Shown one piece after another: positions 63,884 through 64,000 of a stretch of 64,000 bases of DNA. A program made the position numbers and the translations under genes. Numbering within the stretch: position 1 is the first letter of the stretch; every line of letters begins with the position of its first letter. This DNA comes from an uncultured Roseburia sp. (GTDB lineage: Bacteria > Bacillota > Clostridia > Lachnospirales > Lachnospiraceae), in assembly GCA_947383215.1 (NCBI GenBank), contig CANDCP010000002.1, positions 7,568 to 71,567 on the forward strand. Direction: 5' to 3'. The notes beneath the pieces were generated by a model. It saw only the letters and a list, made by a program, of their open reading frames with translations. It did not search any database and was not told the origin of the DNA.

Positions 63884-64000
63884 GGAAATCTGTAAGGGCC
63901 AGTTATACGATAGAGGCGTCGCTTATAATGCCGGTCTTGGTCTTTCTTACGGCGTTTGTGATGGAGCGGGCGATTGAGATGTATCGGGAGACGTCGGAGG
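63880..64000 (+). CDS. TadE-like protein, 5' partial (runs off the window)
   Basis: ATGA overlap with the upstream gene. MRKSVRASYTIEASLIMPVLVFLTAFV matches the TadE-type N-terminal pattern. Confidence 0.55.
   Translation, partial: MRKSVRASYTIEASLIMPVLVFLTAFVMERAIEMYRETSE

Noticed and set aside
1-64000. A whole-window check for rRNA, tRNA, CRISPR arrays, transposases, integrases, reverse transcriptases and known defence-system hallmarks.
   Set aside because: None recognised. The intergenic gaps are short, and the largest ones (16.6-16.9 kb, 38.3-38.6 kb, 48.7-49.1 kb, 50.2-50.4 kb) show promoters and hairpins rather than structured RNA genes. A tRNAscan/Infernal run would be the formal test.

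Overview
By gene content this is a chromosomal window from a spore-forming, flagellated Firmicute, probably Clostridia and Lachnospiraceae-like (inference only). It is densely coded, with about 65 credible protein genes, mostly on the + strand. I saw no rRNA, tRNA, CRISPR array, transposase or integrase. Layout: (i) 1-4.5 kb holds a small AT-rich gene for a Cys-rich secreted protein or lipoprotein, bracketed by a 20-bp inverted repeat. It is followed by an NHL-type propeller protein and a MacB-type ABC system (two FtsX permeases plus an ATPase). (ii) 4.5-27 kb is a mixed block of regulators, envelope proteins and c-di-GMP enzymes. It holds an AraC/GyrI regulator, a ParB-like::BMP fusion with a metallophosphoesterase, a LysM/PG-binding protein and a lipoprotein. 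It also holds two GGDEF cyclases, signal peptidase I, an LtaS-family enzyme, a SufC/SufBD pair, a Big_2 protein, HdeD-like and MATE genes. The block ends with a roughly 1000-aa FN3-rich secreted protein carrying 13 tandem EEPGT repeats, and an HD-GYP phosphodiesterase. (iii) 27-43 kb starts with a TetR-MMPL-YhgE/Pip-like unit, followed by MntP-like, RACo-like ASKHA, ArsR, B12-binding radical SAM and DEDDh exonuclease genes. VanW, an AIR-synthase-like gene and an Lrp plus aminotransferase pair complete it. (iv) 43-48 kb is the conserved block trmL-ecfA1-ecfA2-ecfT-truA-rplM-rpsI. (v) 48-50.2 kb is an AT-rich accessory islet. It contains a HigB/HigA-like toxin-antitoxin cassette flanked by roughly 76-bp direct repeats that duplicate the rpsI 3' end and terminator, then an acidic orphan protein and a GNAT gene. 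(vi) 50.3-56.1 kb holds a 1016-aa acidic protein and a flagellin, each preceded by the same sigma-28-type promoter, then FliS, YaaL-like and BofA. (vii) 56.1-64 kb is a Tad/Flp-type pilus locus that runs off the window end. It includes a 55-aa Flp pilin gene absent from the ORF track, two A24 peptidase paralogs, a P-loop-less TadZ-like protein and a TadE-like protein with tandem His/Cys3 modules. The best candidates for undescribed biology are the IR-bracketed Cys-rich peptide module, the terminator-duplicating TA mini-insertion, the sigma-28-driven giant acidic protein and the atypical Tad locus. All family calls come from motifs read by eye in the translations; no database search was run.
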